Positions 9,404 to 17,522 of a DNA stretch of 64,000 nt are shown piece by piece. The translations under genes and the position numbers were made by a program. The notes under the pieces were generated by a model that had not been told where the DNA came from, searched no databases, and saw only the letters and a program-made list of their open reading frames with translations. Within the stretch, counting starts at the first letter, position 1; each line of letters opens with the position of its first letter. Location of the stretch: positions 13,004 through 77,003 of the forward strand of contig JAFZFF010000046.1 in the NCBI GenBank assembly GCA_017556045.1, in the 5' to 3' direction. This DNA is from Bacteroidaceae bacterium. GTDB lineage: Bacteria > Bacteroidota > Bacteroidia > Bacteroidales > Bacteroidaceae.

Positions 9404-11140
9404 TTAGTCTATCGTTTTGTCTATATTGAATCGTGTGATCTTTCTCGAAGTATTCTTCTGGAACTCCACATCTCTGAGCTTCACTCTCTTTACCGCCTTG
9501 TACGGAGGCATCTTCGCATTGATGAGTTTTACCTGCTCCTCGAAGTATCTCTGAGCGTCGCTGATGCCCTTGTCGGCGAGGAAGTCAGAGTCGGGGAATA
9601 TCTCGGCGACGATGGTGTCTTTGTTCTTCTGTACGCGGCTCTCACCAGCGTATACCACCACCTCGCTTACGCCCTCTACCTTCTGCAGGTCGGCCTCTAT
9701 CTCCTCGGGATACACGTTCTTGCCGTTAGAGAGGATGATAAGGTTTTTCTTTCGTCCGGTGATATATATCCAGCCCTCCTCGTCAAGCTTACCATAGTCA
9801 CCCGTGTGGAAGAAGCCCTCCTTGTCAAATACCTCAGCCGTAGCCTCCGGATTATTATAGTAGCCCAGCATCACATTGGGGCCCTTGACGCATATCTCGC
9901 CCTCGCCATTCTCGTCAGGATTGTCTATCTTGACGCGGCAGGCAAGGATAGGTGTACCCACGCTTCCCGGCTTGCGATACTTGTTGCGGTTAGCCGAGAT
10001 CAGTGGCGCACACTCTGTGATACCATATCCATTGAGGATGGTGATGCCGAGTGAGTCGAAGGTATTGATGATCTCTTCATCCAGCTTAGCACCACCGCAG
10101 ATGATGAGCTCAAGCTTACCACCGAAGGCTGCGAGCACACTGCCAAAGAGTTTCTTGCGCAGGTCTATGCCCACCTTTCTAAGCGCGTCGCTCACCTTGA
10201 TCATTCCCTTCAGCAGCTTCTCCTTGCCAGTCTTGCGGGCAGTTGTCCATATCTTGCGGTTCATCACCTCGAGGAATGCAGGTACCAGGATGAGGTGCGT
10301 AGGCTGCTGCTCTCTGATCTCGTCGCTCACGTGTTTCAGTCCGCTCGAGATATATACCTCACATCCCTGAGCCAGGTGACCTATGTAGTTCACCGTAGAG
10401 CCAAAGGTGTGGTGTGGGGGCAATACGTGCAGAGTCTTGCGTGTGATGTCAAAGTTATACATACCCAGCGTCATGTCCAGACAGATGTTGGCCTGTGAGA
10501 GCATTACGCCCTTACCCTTACCCGTTGTGCCTGAGGTGAATACGATAGATGCCAGCTTGTTTACATCTATCTTATAGTCATAGTATGCGTTGTCGCCACC
10601 CTCGTAGAGACTCTTTCCCTTTGTCTCCAGTGTCGCGAGCGATGTCAACTTCTTGTCGCCTAAGAGAGCCTTGTCGATGCCGCATGTGTCATCTACCGAT
10701 ATGAGTAGCTCTGCCGATGTCAGTCCACCCTTCTCGAGCAGCTCTTTGATCTTGCTCTCCGATGTACGTCCGAAGATGACAGCCTTACATCCCGTCGTGG
10801 TGATGATACCATCGATATCCTCTATCGGCAACTCCTTATCTACGGGCACTGTCACCGAGCCGATAGCCATCACTGCGAAGAATGAGCAGCACCAGCCATA
10901 GCTGTTCTCGCCCACGATGGCGATGCTCTCTTCTCTCAGCCTGAGTGAGATAAGCGCTGTGCCCAGGTCTCTCACATCGTCACGCCAGGTGGCGAATGTC
11001 ACCTTCTTGACCTCCTTGTCTGAGGGCTTGTTTTTGTACGATATAGCTATGCTATCGGGATAGTTTTGTGCTGCCTCCTCCACGAGCGAACGCATGTCGT
11101 CGATGAAGGTTGTCTTGTAGATAGGATAATTCTTATTCAT
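9404..11140 (-). CDS. AMP-dependent synthetase/ligase (long-chain acyl-CoA synthetase family)
   Basis: FTSGTTGKGKGVMLSQ motif. Start set at ATG 11138-11140 (MNKNYPIYK). A TATCTTTG box lies on the minus strand near 11207. Confidence 0.85.
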   Translation of the reverse strand: MNKNYPIYKTTFIDDMRSLVEEAAQNYPDSIAISYKNKPSDKEVKKVTFATWRDDVRDLGTALISLRLREESIAIVGENSYGWCCSFFAVMAIGSVTVPVDKELPIEDIDGIITTTGCKAVIFGRTSESKIKELLEKGGLTSAELLISVDDTCGIDKALLGDKKLTSLATLETKGKSLYEGGDNAYYDYKIDVNKLASIVFTSGTTGKGKGVMLSQANICLDMTLGMYNFDITRKTLHVLPPHHTFGSTVNYIGHLAQGCEVYISSGLKHVSDEIREQQPTHLILVPAFLEVMNRKIWTTARKTGKEKLLKGMIKVSDALRKVGIDLRKKLFGSVLAAFGGKLELIICGGAKLDEEIINTFDSLGITILNGYGITECAPLISANRNKYRKPGSVGTPILACRVKIDNPDENGEGEICVKGPNVMLGYYNNPEATAEVFDKEGFFHTGDYGKLDEEGWIYITGRKKNLIILSNGKNVYPEEIEADLQKVEGVSEVVVYAGESRVQKNKDTIVAEIFPDSDFLADKGISDAQRYFEEQVKLINAKMPPYKAVKRVKLRDVEFQKNTSRKITRFNIDKTID

Positions 11141-11298
11141 AGGTTTATGGTTTATCGAGAGAACACAAAGCATCGCCTTATGCTCACATCTTTCAATACT
11201 ATCACGCAAAGATAGTGCAAGGCGAGCGAAAAATCAAATCTCAACGAGCGAATGTAAAAGAGTACTTGTATTTTTTTTACTGAGCGAGGCAGAGATTC

Positions 11299-11484
11299 CT
11301 AATGACGGAGTATAAAGTCTGCTATGGTATTAGCATCCTCTTTGGTGGGGTAGTGCGCTTTGATGTAGAGGAACTTTTCTTGATATCGGGTATCGTTCTC
11401 ATCGGTTGTTGCATCCATGATAGCCCCCAACTCCACCAGTTCGTCATGTATTGTCTTCATCTCTTCAATATTTTTACTTTTCAC
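11299..11484 (-). CDS. Hypothetical small protein (GVG start at 11484 or ATG at 11460)
   Basis: The ORF overlaps the upstream ORF's stop by 4 nt. I recognise no motif. Confidence 0.35.
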   Translation of the reverse strand: MKSKNIEEMKTIHDELVELGAIMDATTDENDTRYQEKFLYIKAHYPTKEDANTIADFILRH

Positions 11485-11538
11485 TCTTCACTCTTCCCTT
11501 TTCCCTCTTCCCTTTTCACTCTTCCCTCTTCACTCTTT
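11476..11538. repeat. Heptanucleotide tandem array, 9 units (plus strand ACTCTTC/CCTCTTC/CCTTTTC)
   Basis: Direct reading gives a 7-nt period. Minus-strand TGAs at 11532, 11518, 11490 and 11483 fall in all three frames. Confidence 0.85.
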
Positions 11539-11858
11539 AAAAACTCATCGTACCACTTGGCCGCTTCCTTGAGCGACGCAATCAGTTTCTGCGCTGTCTC
11601 CGATGCATCATCCTGACCGAAGTCCACATGCATCATACATCCGTTGAAAGTGAGTGCCATCATTCGGCTTCCCACCTGCGCATGCACCCACTCCTTACTC
11701 TGCCCCAATGTCTTCATATAATGTTCCGTGCTCTCAAACTCGTGCACCTGGTAGTAGCCCTGGGGTGGCATAAGCTGCATCACCCACTTCGCCTCATTAC
11801 CCTTCATGCGGCATTCTACAAAGCCGATGTTCTCGGCACTTTCATTCATCTTTACCAT
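11481..11858 (-). CDS. Hypothetical protein, 125 aa
   Basis: ORF with a TATCTTTG promoter box about 120 nt upstream. Its C-terminal tail (SEEGRVKREEGKGKSEE) is encoded by the heptamer array. Confidence 0.5.
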   Translation of the reverse strand: MVKMNESAENIGFVECRMKGNEAKWVMQLMPPQGYYQVHEFESTEHYMKTLGQSKEWVHAQVGSRMMALTFNGCMMHVDFGQDDASETAQKLIASLKEAAKWYDEFLKSEEGRVKREEGKGKSEE

Positions 11859-11977
11859 AGTTTACCATATTATTTTCTACGGCCAGTCATATAGCCGAAG
11901 GTATCTGCAAGCAGCCAGATAACTACACATATAGCAAAAAACATAATTCTATTGATTAAGTCGTTACTCTATCAGTG

Positions 11978-11985
11978 CAAAGATA
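11978..11985 (-). promoter_or_regulatory. Bacteroidetes -7 promoter box (TATCTTTG)
   Basis: Plus-strand caaagata is the reverse complement of the TAnnTTTG consensus, upstream of the 125-aa ORF. Confidence 0.45.
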
Positions 11986-12106
11986 ATCATTTATTCGGCT
12001 AATCGTATTTATTCTACCGAATTAAAAGACCCACAAACTCCTTTATGTAATTTTAGACTATTTTAAAAAAGAATAGAGATAAATATATTAATAGGTATGT
12101 GCTGCT

Positions 12107-12463
12107 CTATACCTTCTCGTTCAATTTTACAATCAATTGTTCTATGATTCTATCTTTCTGCTTGATAGCCGATTTCATCTCTCGTTTTAACAATATGACT
12201 TCTCTATAGAGTGGATTCTCTTTTATCTTTTGCCTTTCTTCGGCAGACATTTCTCCCATTAGAGCAACTATCCTTAGGTGCTTGTCATGTAGATTCTTTA
12301 TTTGGTCCTCTTGCTTTCTAATGGTTTCATTTTGTGTATTTATCGTATGCCGCAAGCCTTGAATCTCTGTTTCTTGTTTCTTTATCTTTCTGAGTAACAC
12401 CCTCACGATTGTCTCGTTTGGAACACTATCATTTAAGCGTTCAATGTCTTCCACTTCACACAT
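12107..12463 (-). CDS. Hypothetical coiled-coil protein, 118 aa
   Basis: Heptad-rich, K/E/Q-rich sequence. It is the third ORF of a tightly packed minus-strand operon. Confidence 0.5.
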   Translation of the reverse strand: MCEVEDIERLNDSVPNETIVRVLLRKIKKQETEIQGLRHTINTQNETIRKQEDQIKNLHDKHLRIVALMGEMSAEERQKIKENPLYREVILLKREMKSAIKQKDRIIEQLIVKLNEKV

Positions 12464-12466
12464 AGC

Positions 12467-12685
12467 TCAGTCCTCCTCTTGATATATCTGCACATGACAT
12501 TCGATGCACTCCCACGCTGGGTCATGCTCGGTGATGCAACATCCGCCAAAGATGATTTTGTTCTCTATGCGCGATTCGTATGCTTCTACTGTAGGCTCTC
12601 CATAGAGGATTTTCCATACTTCGCCTCCGCAGATGGGGCATCTCTCGGGGCGATGTTTAAGAGTAAGGATGTTTTGTGTGTCCAT
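12467..12685 (-). CDS. Hypothetical zinc-ribbon protein, 72 aa
   Basis: CPICGG ... GGCC ... CIEC cysteine pairs. Its stop lies 3 nt from the next ORF's start. Confidence 0.5.
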   Translation of the reverse strand: MDTQNILTLKHRPERCPICGGEVWKILYGEPTVEAYESRIENKIIFGGCCITEHDPAWECIECHVQIYQEED

Positions 12686-12705
12686 AATGCTATATCTTTT
12701 AGTGA

Positions 12706-12876
12706 TTACTTAAAACTAAACATATCTTTCAGTGTGACCTTTTCTCCTCTGCGAGCACAATATCGCAAATCTATTTTTAGTTCTGCTTTGGCTTGTTTGC
12801 GATATGCTTTGCGTTCTCTTGTTCTTAGTCTGCCAAATTGTTCGTCCAAGTAGGAATCAACATCTATTAGTTTCAT
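12706..12876 (-). CDS. Short ORF (56 aa) resembling the N-terminal leader of Bacteroidetes XRE/HigA-type antitoxins
   Basis: Hand translation gives MKLIDVDSYLDEQFGRLRTRERKAYRKQAKAELKIDLRYCARRGEKVTLKDMFSFK. It is not in the ORF track (<60 aa) and no HTH body follows. Confidence 0.3.
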   Translation of the reverse strand: MKLIDVDSYLDEQFGRLRTRERKAYRKQAKAELKIDLRYCARRGEKVTLKDMFSFK

Positions 12877-13014
12877 ACTATATGTTTCTTAATGAATAGT
12901 CCTCTTCGGCGGTGGGGTCGAACCACTCCACGTTGCAAATGCAAGCCTATCGTTCCACACATCATAGGTTCTACTAGAGAGCAACTATTCTCGTTTGACT
13001 TCGTGAATTCGATG

Positions 13015-13022
13015 CAAAGATA
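13015..13022 (-). promoter_or_regulatory. Bacteroidetes -7 promoter box (TATCTTTG)
   Basis: Plus-strand caaagata lies about 140 nt upstream of the 12876 ORF. Confidence 0.45.
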
Positions 13023-13131
13023 GCACTATAATGTCCCATAGCGTGGGACAGGATGAGAAAATTTTCAGATTTTTATAACTTTTTTCATATTCTCATTGTG
13101 TATCCAATATTTCGCTTTACATTTGCATTGT

Positions 13132-13256
13132 CCTTAGGGAACGTTGGCGCAGAAATGTGAGAGATAACTTCGGGCACATCCGATTAAGTTCGTGAAACTT
13201 GGCACCACGGTGACCGTAGTTTGAATGGGGAGGATACTCCCCATTATTTCTTTCTT
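13132..13256 (+). ncRNA. Candidate orphan small RNA (promoter box plus own terminator, no ORF)
   Basis: TACATTTG box at 13118-13125. Terminator ATGGGGAG-gata-CTCCCCAT plus TATTTCTTTCTT at 13225-13256. No plus-strand gene lies upstream. Confidence 0.25.
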
Positions 13257-13272
13257 GAGCTTTTCTATAAAA

Positions 13273-13301
13273 TGCGGCAAGCTTTATTGAAACCTGCCGC
13301 A
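13273..13301 (-). terminator. Terminator of the HsdR_N-like gene
   Basis: TGCGGCA/TGCCGCA stem, followed on the minus strand by TTTTAT. Confidence 0.5.
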
Positions 13302-13328
13302 CATTTGCTAAATCTTTACGCGCATATT

Positions 13329-14426
13329 TTAATTCTTATCCAAGTATAGGTGGAGGGAAACCTTTAGTTCTTCCGCGTACTTGTAAATGTCGTCTATGTT
13401 CTCAATGAGATATTTGTGCTCCTTCCATTTTGAATCAAATATACCGAGATATTTATTGCTCTTGTTGAAGTACAATCGAGCCACAATGCGCTTGGCTCTA
13501 TCATCAAGAACTACACAGAAGTAGCTCATATAATCTCTGTACGACAACCTGCTTGGCTCTATCTCATCGCGCAATATGGACTTGATAGCAAAGAAACCCT
13601 CCAATTCCTCAGCGGTAGTAACCACTTGGGGCTGCTTTTCCTCCTCTTCAGTAGAAGTGGTTTGCTCTACTTCGCTGGTAGGCTCAACCTTTTTCTCTTG
13701 TTCGGGTTGCTCCAATTTGATAGCATTCTCCAATCGGTCAGAGATGATTTCGTTGATGTATGAGTTGATGGACTTCTTTACAAAGGTCGTGAACTGGTCA
13801 AACATGGCACATCCTGCTCGCAACTGTCCATCATAAACATTCTTAGCCAATAATCTCACTAATTCAGGTGATGGATTGGTGAACTCCTTTGCTATCACTT
13901 GCTTTAGTTCACTAGTATACTTCAATTCGCTCGCTGAACTCAAGATGTTATCCAGACTATAGTATGATTTGTGGAACTTCTTCAATTCTTCTATCTCAGC
14001 ATCCGATATGTCTGCCATATCTATATCCAAGAAAGGCTTGGTGTCCATGATGTTCTTTTCCACCAAGTCAGTATAGAAGCGATACTTGATACCATTTGTA
14101 AGCAAACCGAACTTGGCCTTTGAAACATTGAAGTAGCGCAGCAACTGATTATCGTGAATATTGAGGTTCTCTTTCCAATGCTTGCACTCAATAAGAAGTA
14201 TCGGCTGACCATCCTTTAGGATTGCATAGTCAATCTTTTCCCCTTTCTTCATGCCTATATCACAAACCATCTCTGGTACTACCTCTAATGGGTCGAATAC
14301 GTCATATCCAAGGGCGTTGATGAATGGCATGATGAGAGCATTCTTCGTTGCCTCCTCAGTCTGTAGGCTATCCTTCAACTTGATAACGCGCTCTGATAGG
14401 TGCTTGATGCTGTCTTTAAAGTCCAT
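13329..14426 (-). CDS. Type I restriction enzyme HsdR N-terminal (PD-(D/E)XK)-domain protein, stand-alone
   Basis: The N-terminal approximately 150 aa (IDYAILKDGQPILLIECKHW...FGLLTNG) match the HSDR_N nuclease-fold pattern. The approximately 365-aa architecture is typical of COG4748-type proteins. Confidence 0.65.
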   Translation of the reverse strand: MDFKDSIKHLSERVIKLKDSLQTEEATKNALIMPFINALGYDVFDPLEVVPEMVCDIGMKKGEKIDYAILKDGQPILLIECKHWKENLNIHDNQLLRYFNVSKAKFGLLTNGIKYRFYTDLVEKNIMDTKPFLDIDMADISDAEIEELKKFHKSYYSLDNILSSASELKYTSELKQVIAKEFTNPSPELVRLLAKNVYDGQLRAGCAMFDQFTTFVKKSINSYINEIISDRLENAIKLEQPEQEKKVEPTSEVEQTTSTEEEEKQPQVVTTAEELEGFFAIKSILRDEIEPSRLSYRDYMSYFCVVLDDRAKRIVARLYFNKSNKYLGIFDSKWKEHKYLIENIDDIYKYAEELKVSLHLYLDKN

Positions 14427-14905
14427 AGTTTTTCATTTTTATTAATAAATAGTACATTGCACCCAACTATCAATCACGCCATGACGCAAAAAAGGCGTGA
14501 TGCACCTTATCTGCGTATAGCTATGAGGTAGCGTAGGAAGGAAACCTCAGTCCGTCTTGCAAAGAATGCATCACGCTTAACGTGATTGCATTGCTATACA
14601 ATAGACGGACCGAAATGTTCCAACGAACACCTCGTCACATATTATTCCGACTTTTTTATTTCCAACAAGTTTCCTACGCTTTTGGCTATACGCGAAATAA
14701 TAGCGAATGCTTAATTATCCAATATGTCTTGTTACCCATACGATACATCCACAGGGGACGGTGGCGTGAGTAACAGTGCAAAATTACGATAAAGTTTTGA
14801 ATAAAGTGTAAGGAACGGTGGAATTATTCTTAAAAATAATAAATCGCTTGTAGGTTATAAAAATATTGTCTAATTTTGCTGAAAGTCAATAAAAAATAGA
14901 AAGCT

Positions 14906-15163
14906 ATGCCTGAGATATGTAGATTTTACGGAATCATCATTTATCTTTATTGGAAAGACCATAATCCACCTCATGTACACTTTCACTATGGAAACTATGA
15001 GTGCTCAATAAGTGTTATTGACAGAGTCGTAGATGGTCAAGCGCCAGCAAAGGTTATCGTTAAGGTTAATGAATGGATTGACCAAAACGAGGATGCTATT
15101 CTTGCTTTATGGGAGAAGGCACAGCGTGGAGAGAAGATTGAAAAACTTGAACCTCTTAAATAA
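14906..15163 (+). CDS. DUF4160 domain protein
   Basis: MPEICRFYGIIIYLYWKDHNPPHVHFHYG is the characteristic DUF4160 N-terminus. A TAATTTTG box lies at about 14870. Confidence 0.8.
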   Translation: MPEICRFYGIIIYLYWKDHNPPHVHFHYGNYECSISVIDRVVDGQAPAKVIVKVNEWIDQNEDAILALWEKAQRGEKIEKLEPLK

Positions 15164-15170
15164 TAGGAAT

Positions 15171-15404
15171 ATGTTGAGAGTTACTGACGTAGATTATATC
15201 AAAGGATATGAGTTGGCACTCACGTTCAATGATGGCAAGAAGAAGATTGTGGACCTGCAGCCTCACTTGACTGGTGAGGTCTTTGGCGAATTGTTGGACA
15301 AGAAGAAATTTATCCAATATGCACTGACACCCGTCACAATCGAATGGGCCAATGGTGCTGACCTTGCGCCTGAATTCTTGTATGAGATAGGTGCCGAGGC
15401 GTAA
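15171..15404 (+). CDS. DUF2442 domain protein
   Basis: From the internal ATG: MLRVTDVDYIKGYELALTFNDGKKKIVDL...IEWANGADLAPEFLY. It starts 8 nt after the DUF4160 stop. Confidence 0.8.
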   Translation: MLRVTDVDYIKGYELALTFNDGKKKIVDLQPHLTGEVFGELLDKKKFIQYALTPVTIEWANGADLAPEFLYEIGAEA

Positions 15405-15433
15405 GTGAACGCCTACACTCCATTGCATACATC

Positions 15434-15465
15434 TCCCCACTCTCACTCCGAGGGTGGGGATTTTT
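15434..15465 (+). terminator. Terminator of the DUF4160/DUF2442 pair
   Basis: TCCCCAC...GTGGGGA stem followed by TTTTT. Confidence 0.6.
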
Positions 15466-15719
15466 ATGTCATTGAAAATTATTTGTAATTTTCTTTTTGG
15501 AAAACTTTTCCAATTTCTCAAATTTGCACTTATCACATAATCAGCCTTGTATACATTAGAAATGGGAAACTTTTTAGAAATCACAATATTTTTTGTGTTA
15601 TTTTTTGCAATATGGAGGCTTTGCGGTACTTTTGCGGCCCTCTTACAAAAAAGTCTTCTCCTAAATGGGAAGCCTTGGGGTAAAGAGAGTTTATTTATTT
15701 CATTTATTATTTTTGTTGA

Positions 15720-16754
15720 ATGATAAAAGTAGAATTTAACGTAGGAGATCTCGAAGTGATAGTGAACCGTGCAATATGCGAGGCTCTTACCAGCAACGAC
15801 TATTTGAGTGATAAGGACAATGGTCTGTTTAACAAGGTGTGTTATGAGACTATTAAACGGAATTGGACAAGGAGCAAAGAGCAATTAGAAGAGTTCTATT
15901 TGCGCTGCATCCAAGGGGCTTATAGTGTTGCAGGGGGAGTTCTCAACGAGTCAAGGTATTGCGCTAATTGGGGAAAGATTAAGGATGGTGATAAGTATTC
16001 TTTTGTATTGCCTGATTATGTTTGTGTGGAAGATAATTCGCTTGAGGAGTCAGAGTTTCTGAAAACGATGCTTCCGATACTTTGGCATATATTATATAGA
16101 GTTGACTTTGGACACGATATAGTGAAACAGCTGCATATACGTGCTCTTTGTTTTCAGATAAAGAAAATGTTTATGATGTCAAAGGAGAGTCAAACTTTTT
16201 TTCGAGAGCTAAATGCAGCATTCCAAATGCGACGAAAAAAGATTGAGGTATCTCATGTTTGGTATATGTGTAATGAAGTGATTGTATCTCTCTGCGCAAT
16301 GAGAAATTTAATAAGTCTTAGCAGGAAAAAGTCGAAATTCGTCCCTCTCGTCCAAAAGGTGTATAATGATGAGAAGCAGCATGTTGCACAAAAGTCGAAA
16401 GAAGAACTCGTGAAGCAAGCTATTCTATCTATGTTTGAGAAGACATACAAACAGAGTGATGAATTTATATTTAGCGAGCAATATCAATGGCGTGCAATTT
16501 ACCACGTATTGAAGAAGGAGGAATTGATAGATAAAAATCAATGTGAATTCGTTGAATGGATTAATTCATTTGATTGTAAGTTTCGAGTGCCTTGCACCTG
16601 CGATTCGTTGAAAAAGAAGAAAGGAGTCGAATACGATAACGAAGAATTCTGTTGGAAAGTAATCGGTCCTGGTAAAGGAGGGAATAAAATGTGTAAGCTT
16701 TTGAACAAAATGAATCATTATTTTCAGAATGAATTGAAGCTTTTGGGCTTGTAA
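15720..16754 (+). CDS. Hypothetical protein, 344 aa, Cys-rich C-terminus
   Basis: AT-rich ORF with its own TACTTTTG box (about 15628) and its own terminator. I recognise no motif. Confidence 0.55.
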   Translation: MIKVEFNVGDLEVIVNRAICEALTSNDYLSDKDNGLFNKVCYETIKRNWTRSKEQLEEFYLRCIQGAYSVAGGVLNESRYCANWGKIKDGDKYSFVLPDYVCVEDNSLEESEFLKTMLPILWHILYRVDFGHDIVKQLHIRALCFQIKKMFMMSKESQTFFRELNAAFQMRRKKIEVSHVWYMCNEVIVSLCAMRNLISLSRKKSKFVPLVQKVYNDEKQHVAQKSKEELVKQAILSMFEKTYKQSDEFIFSEQYQWRAIYHVLKKEELIDKNQCEFVEWINSFDCKFRVPCTCDSLKKKKGVEYDNEEFCWKVIGPGKGGNKMCKLLNKMNHYFQNELKLLGL

Positions 16755-16792
16755 TTTTTAGATTGACATCTTGTCATAGTTCTTGTCAGTGA

Positions 16793-16849
16793 CAAAGTGT
16801 GCTCCAAGTGTGCACCTACTGTTCACCAAGTGTGCACCAAGTGTGCACC
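16793..16849. repeat. Iteron-like direct repeats CCAAGTGTGCACC
   Basis: Perfect 13-mers at 16804, 16826 and 16837, plus degenerate CAAAGTGTGCTCC at 16793. All spacings are multiples of 11 bp. Confidence 0.7.
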
Positions 16850-16890
16850 GACTGACAAACCATTCCCCTACTGTGCTCCAAGCCATGTGT

Positions 16891-16922
16891 GCCACGAATT
16901 TAAGGTTCGTGGCATTTTTTTT
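16891..16922 (+). terminator. Rho-independent terminator
   Basis: GCCACGAA-tttaagg-TTCGTGGC followed by A T8. Confidence 0.7.
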
Positions 16923-17031
16923 GCCCATATGTTTGCGGCTTAGCTTTATGGGTGTCAAAGTGACCGAAATAGAGACTAAGCTAGCTAAACGATAATGGCC
17001 ATTTACATTTAGCTTTGGTGATTAATAATTA

Positions 17032-17292
17032 ATGTTTAACGTCTTAAATTTGAAGAAGATGACAAAACGTACAAATTTCGCAGATGAGTATCCACTGAAC
17101 AAGGGTGACCTTGCGATGATGTACTCGCCGAACGTGTGTAGGAAGTCTGCACTGAGATTGCTGAACGCTTACATTCACAGAGCACGTGGGCTGTTGCCCG
17201 CGCTCGAAGAGGTAGGGTATTCGCATAGTGCAAGGCACTTTACAAGGAGGCAGCTGGAGCTGGTGTTGGAGTACTTAGGCGAACCGCTGTAA
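17032..17292 (+). CDS. DUF4248 domain protein
   Basis: ...DLAMMYSPNVCRKSALRLLNAYI...GYSHSARHFTRRQLELVLEYLGEPL fits the DUF4248 pattern ending in LGEP. Confidence 0.75.
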   Translation: MFNVLNLKKMTKRTNFADEYPLNKGDLAMMYSPNVCRKSALRLLNAYIHRARGLLPALEEVGYSHSARHFTRRQLELVLEYLGEPL

Positions 17293-17522
17293 ACGACGAA
17301 AAATGTAGGCCTGCTCCTTGGGAAAAGTCCAAAGGTTTTTTCTTTAGTCTAGGTCTAGAATTTTCGAACCTAAGCTGTGGCGAAAGTGACATAAGTGACG
17401 CGTCGGTGACGCTTTCGCTGACAGCCAACCCTCTCGCAAGTGATTGATTCACTTGATTAAGCAAGTGCTTTATACTACTTAAGTGACAATAATAAACCAA
17501 TAATAATATTTATACAACAATT

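Noticed and set aside
12901-12935. tRNA-like T-arm (minus strand GTGG-TTCGACC-CCAC followed by GCCGAAG), considered as a tRNA or an att-site remnant.
   Set aside because: I could not build an anticodon arm, a D-arm or a matching 5' acceptor strand. The T-stem has a mismatch, and the sequence falls in the 5' leader of the small-ORF operon. At most it is a decayed fragment.
15156-15884. 242-aa minus-strand ORF.
   Set aside because: It overlaps the DUF2442 gene, its terminator and the start of the 344-aa gene. It is an AT-rich chance ORF with no promoter box or motif.
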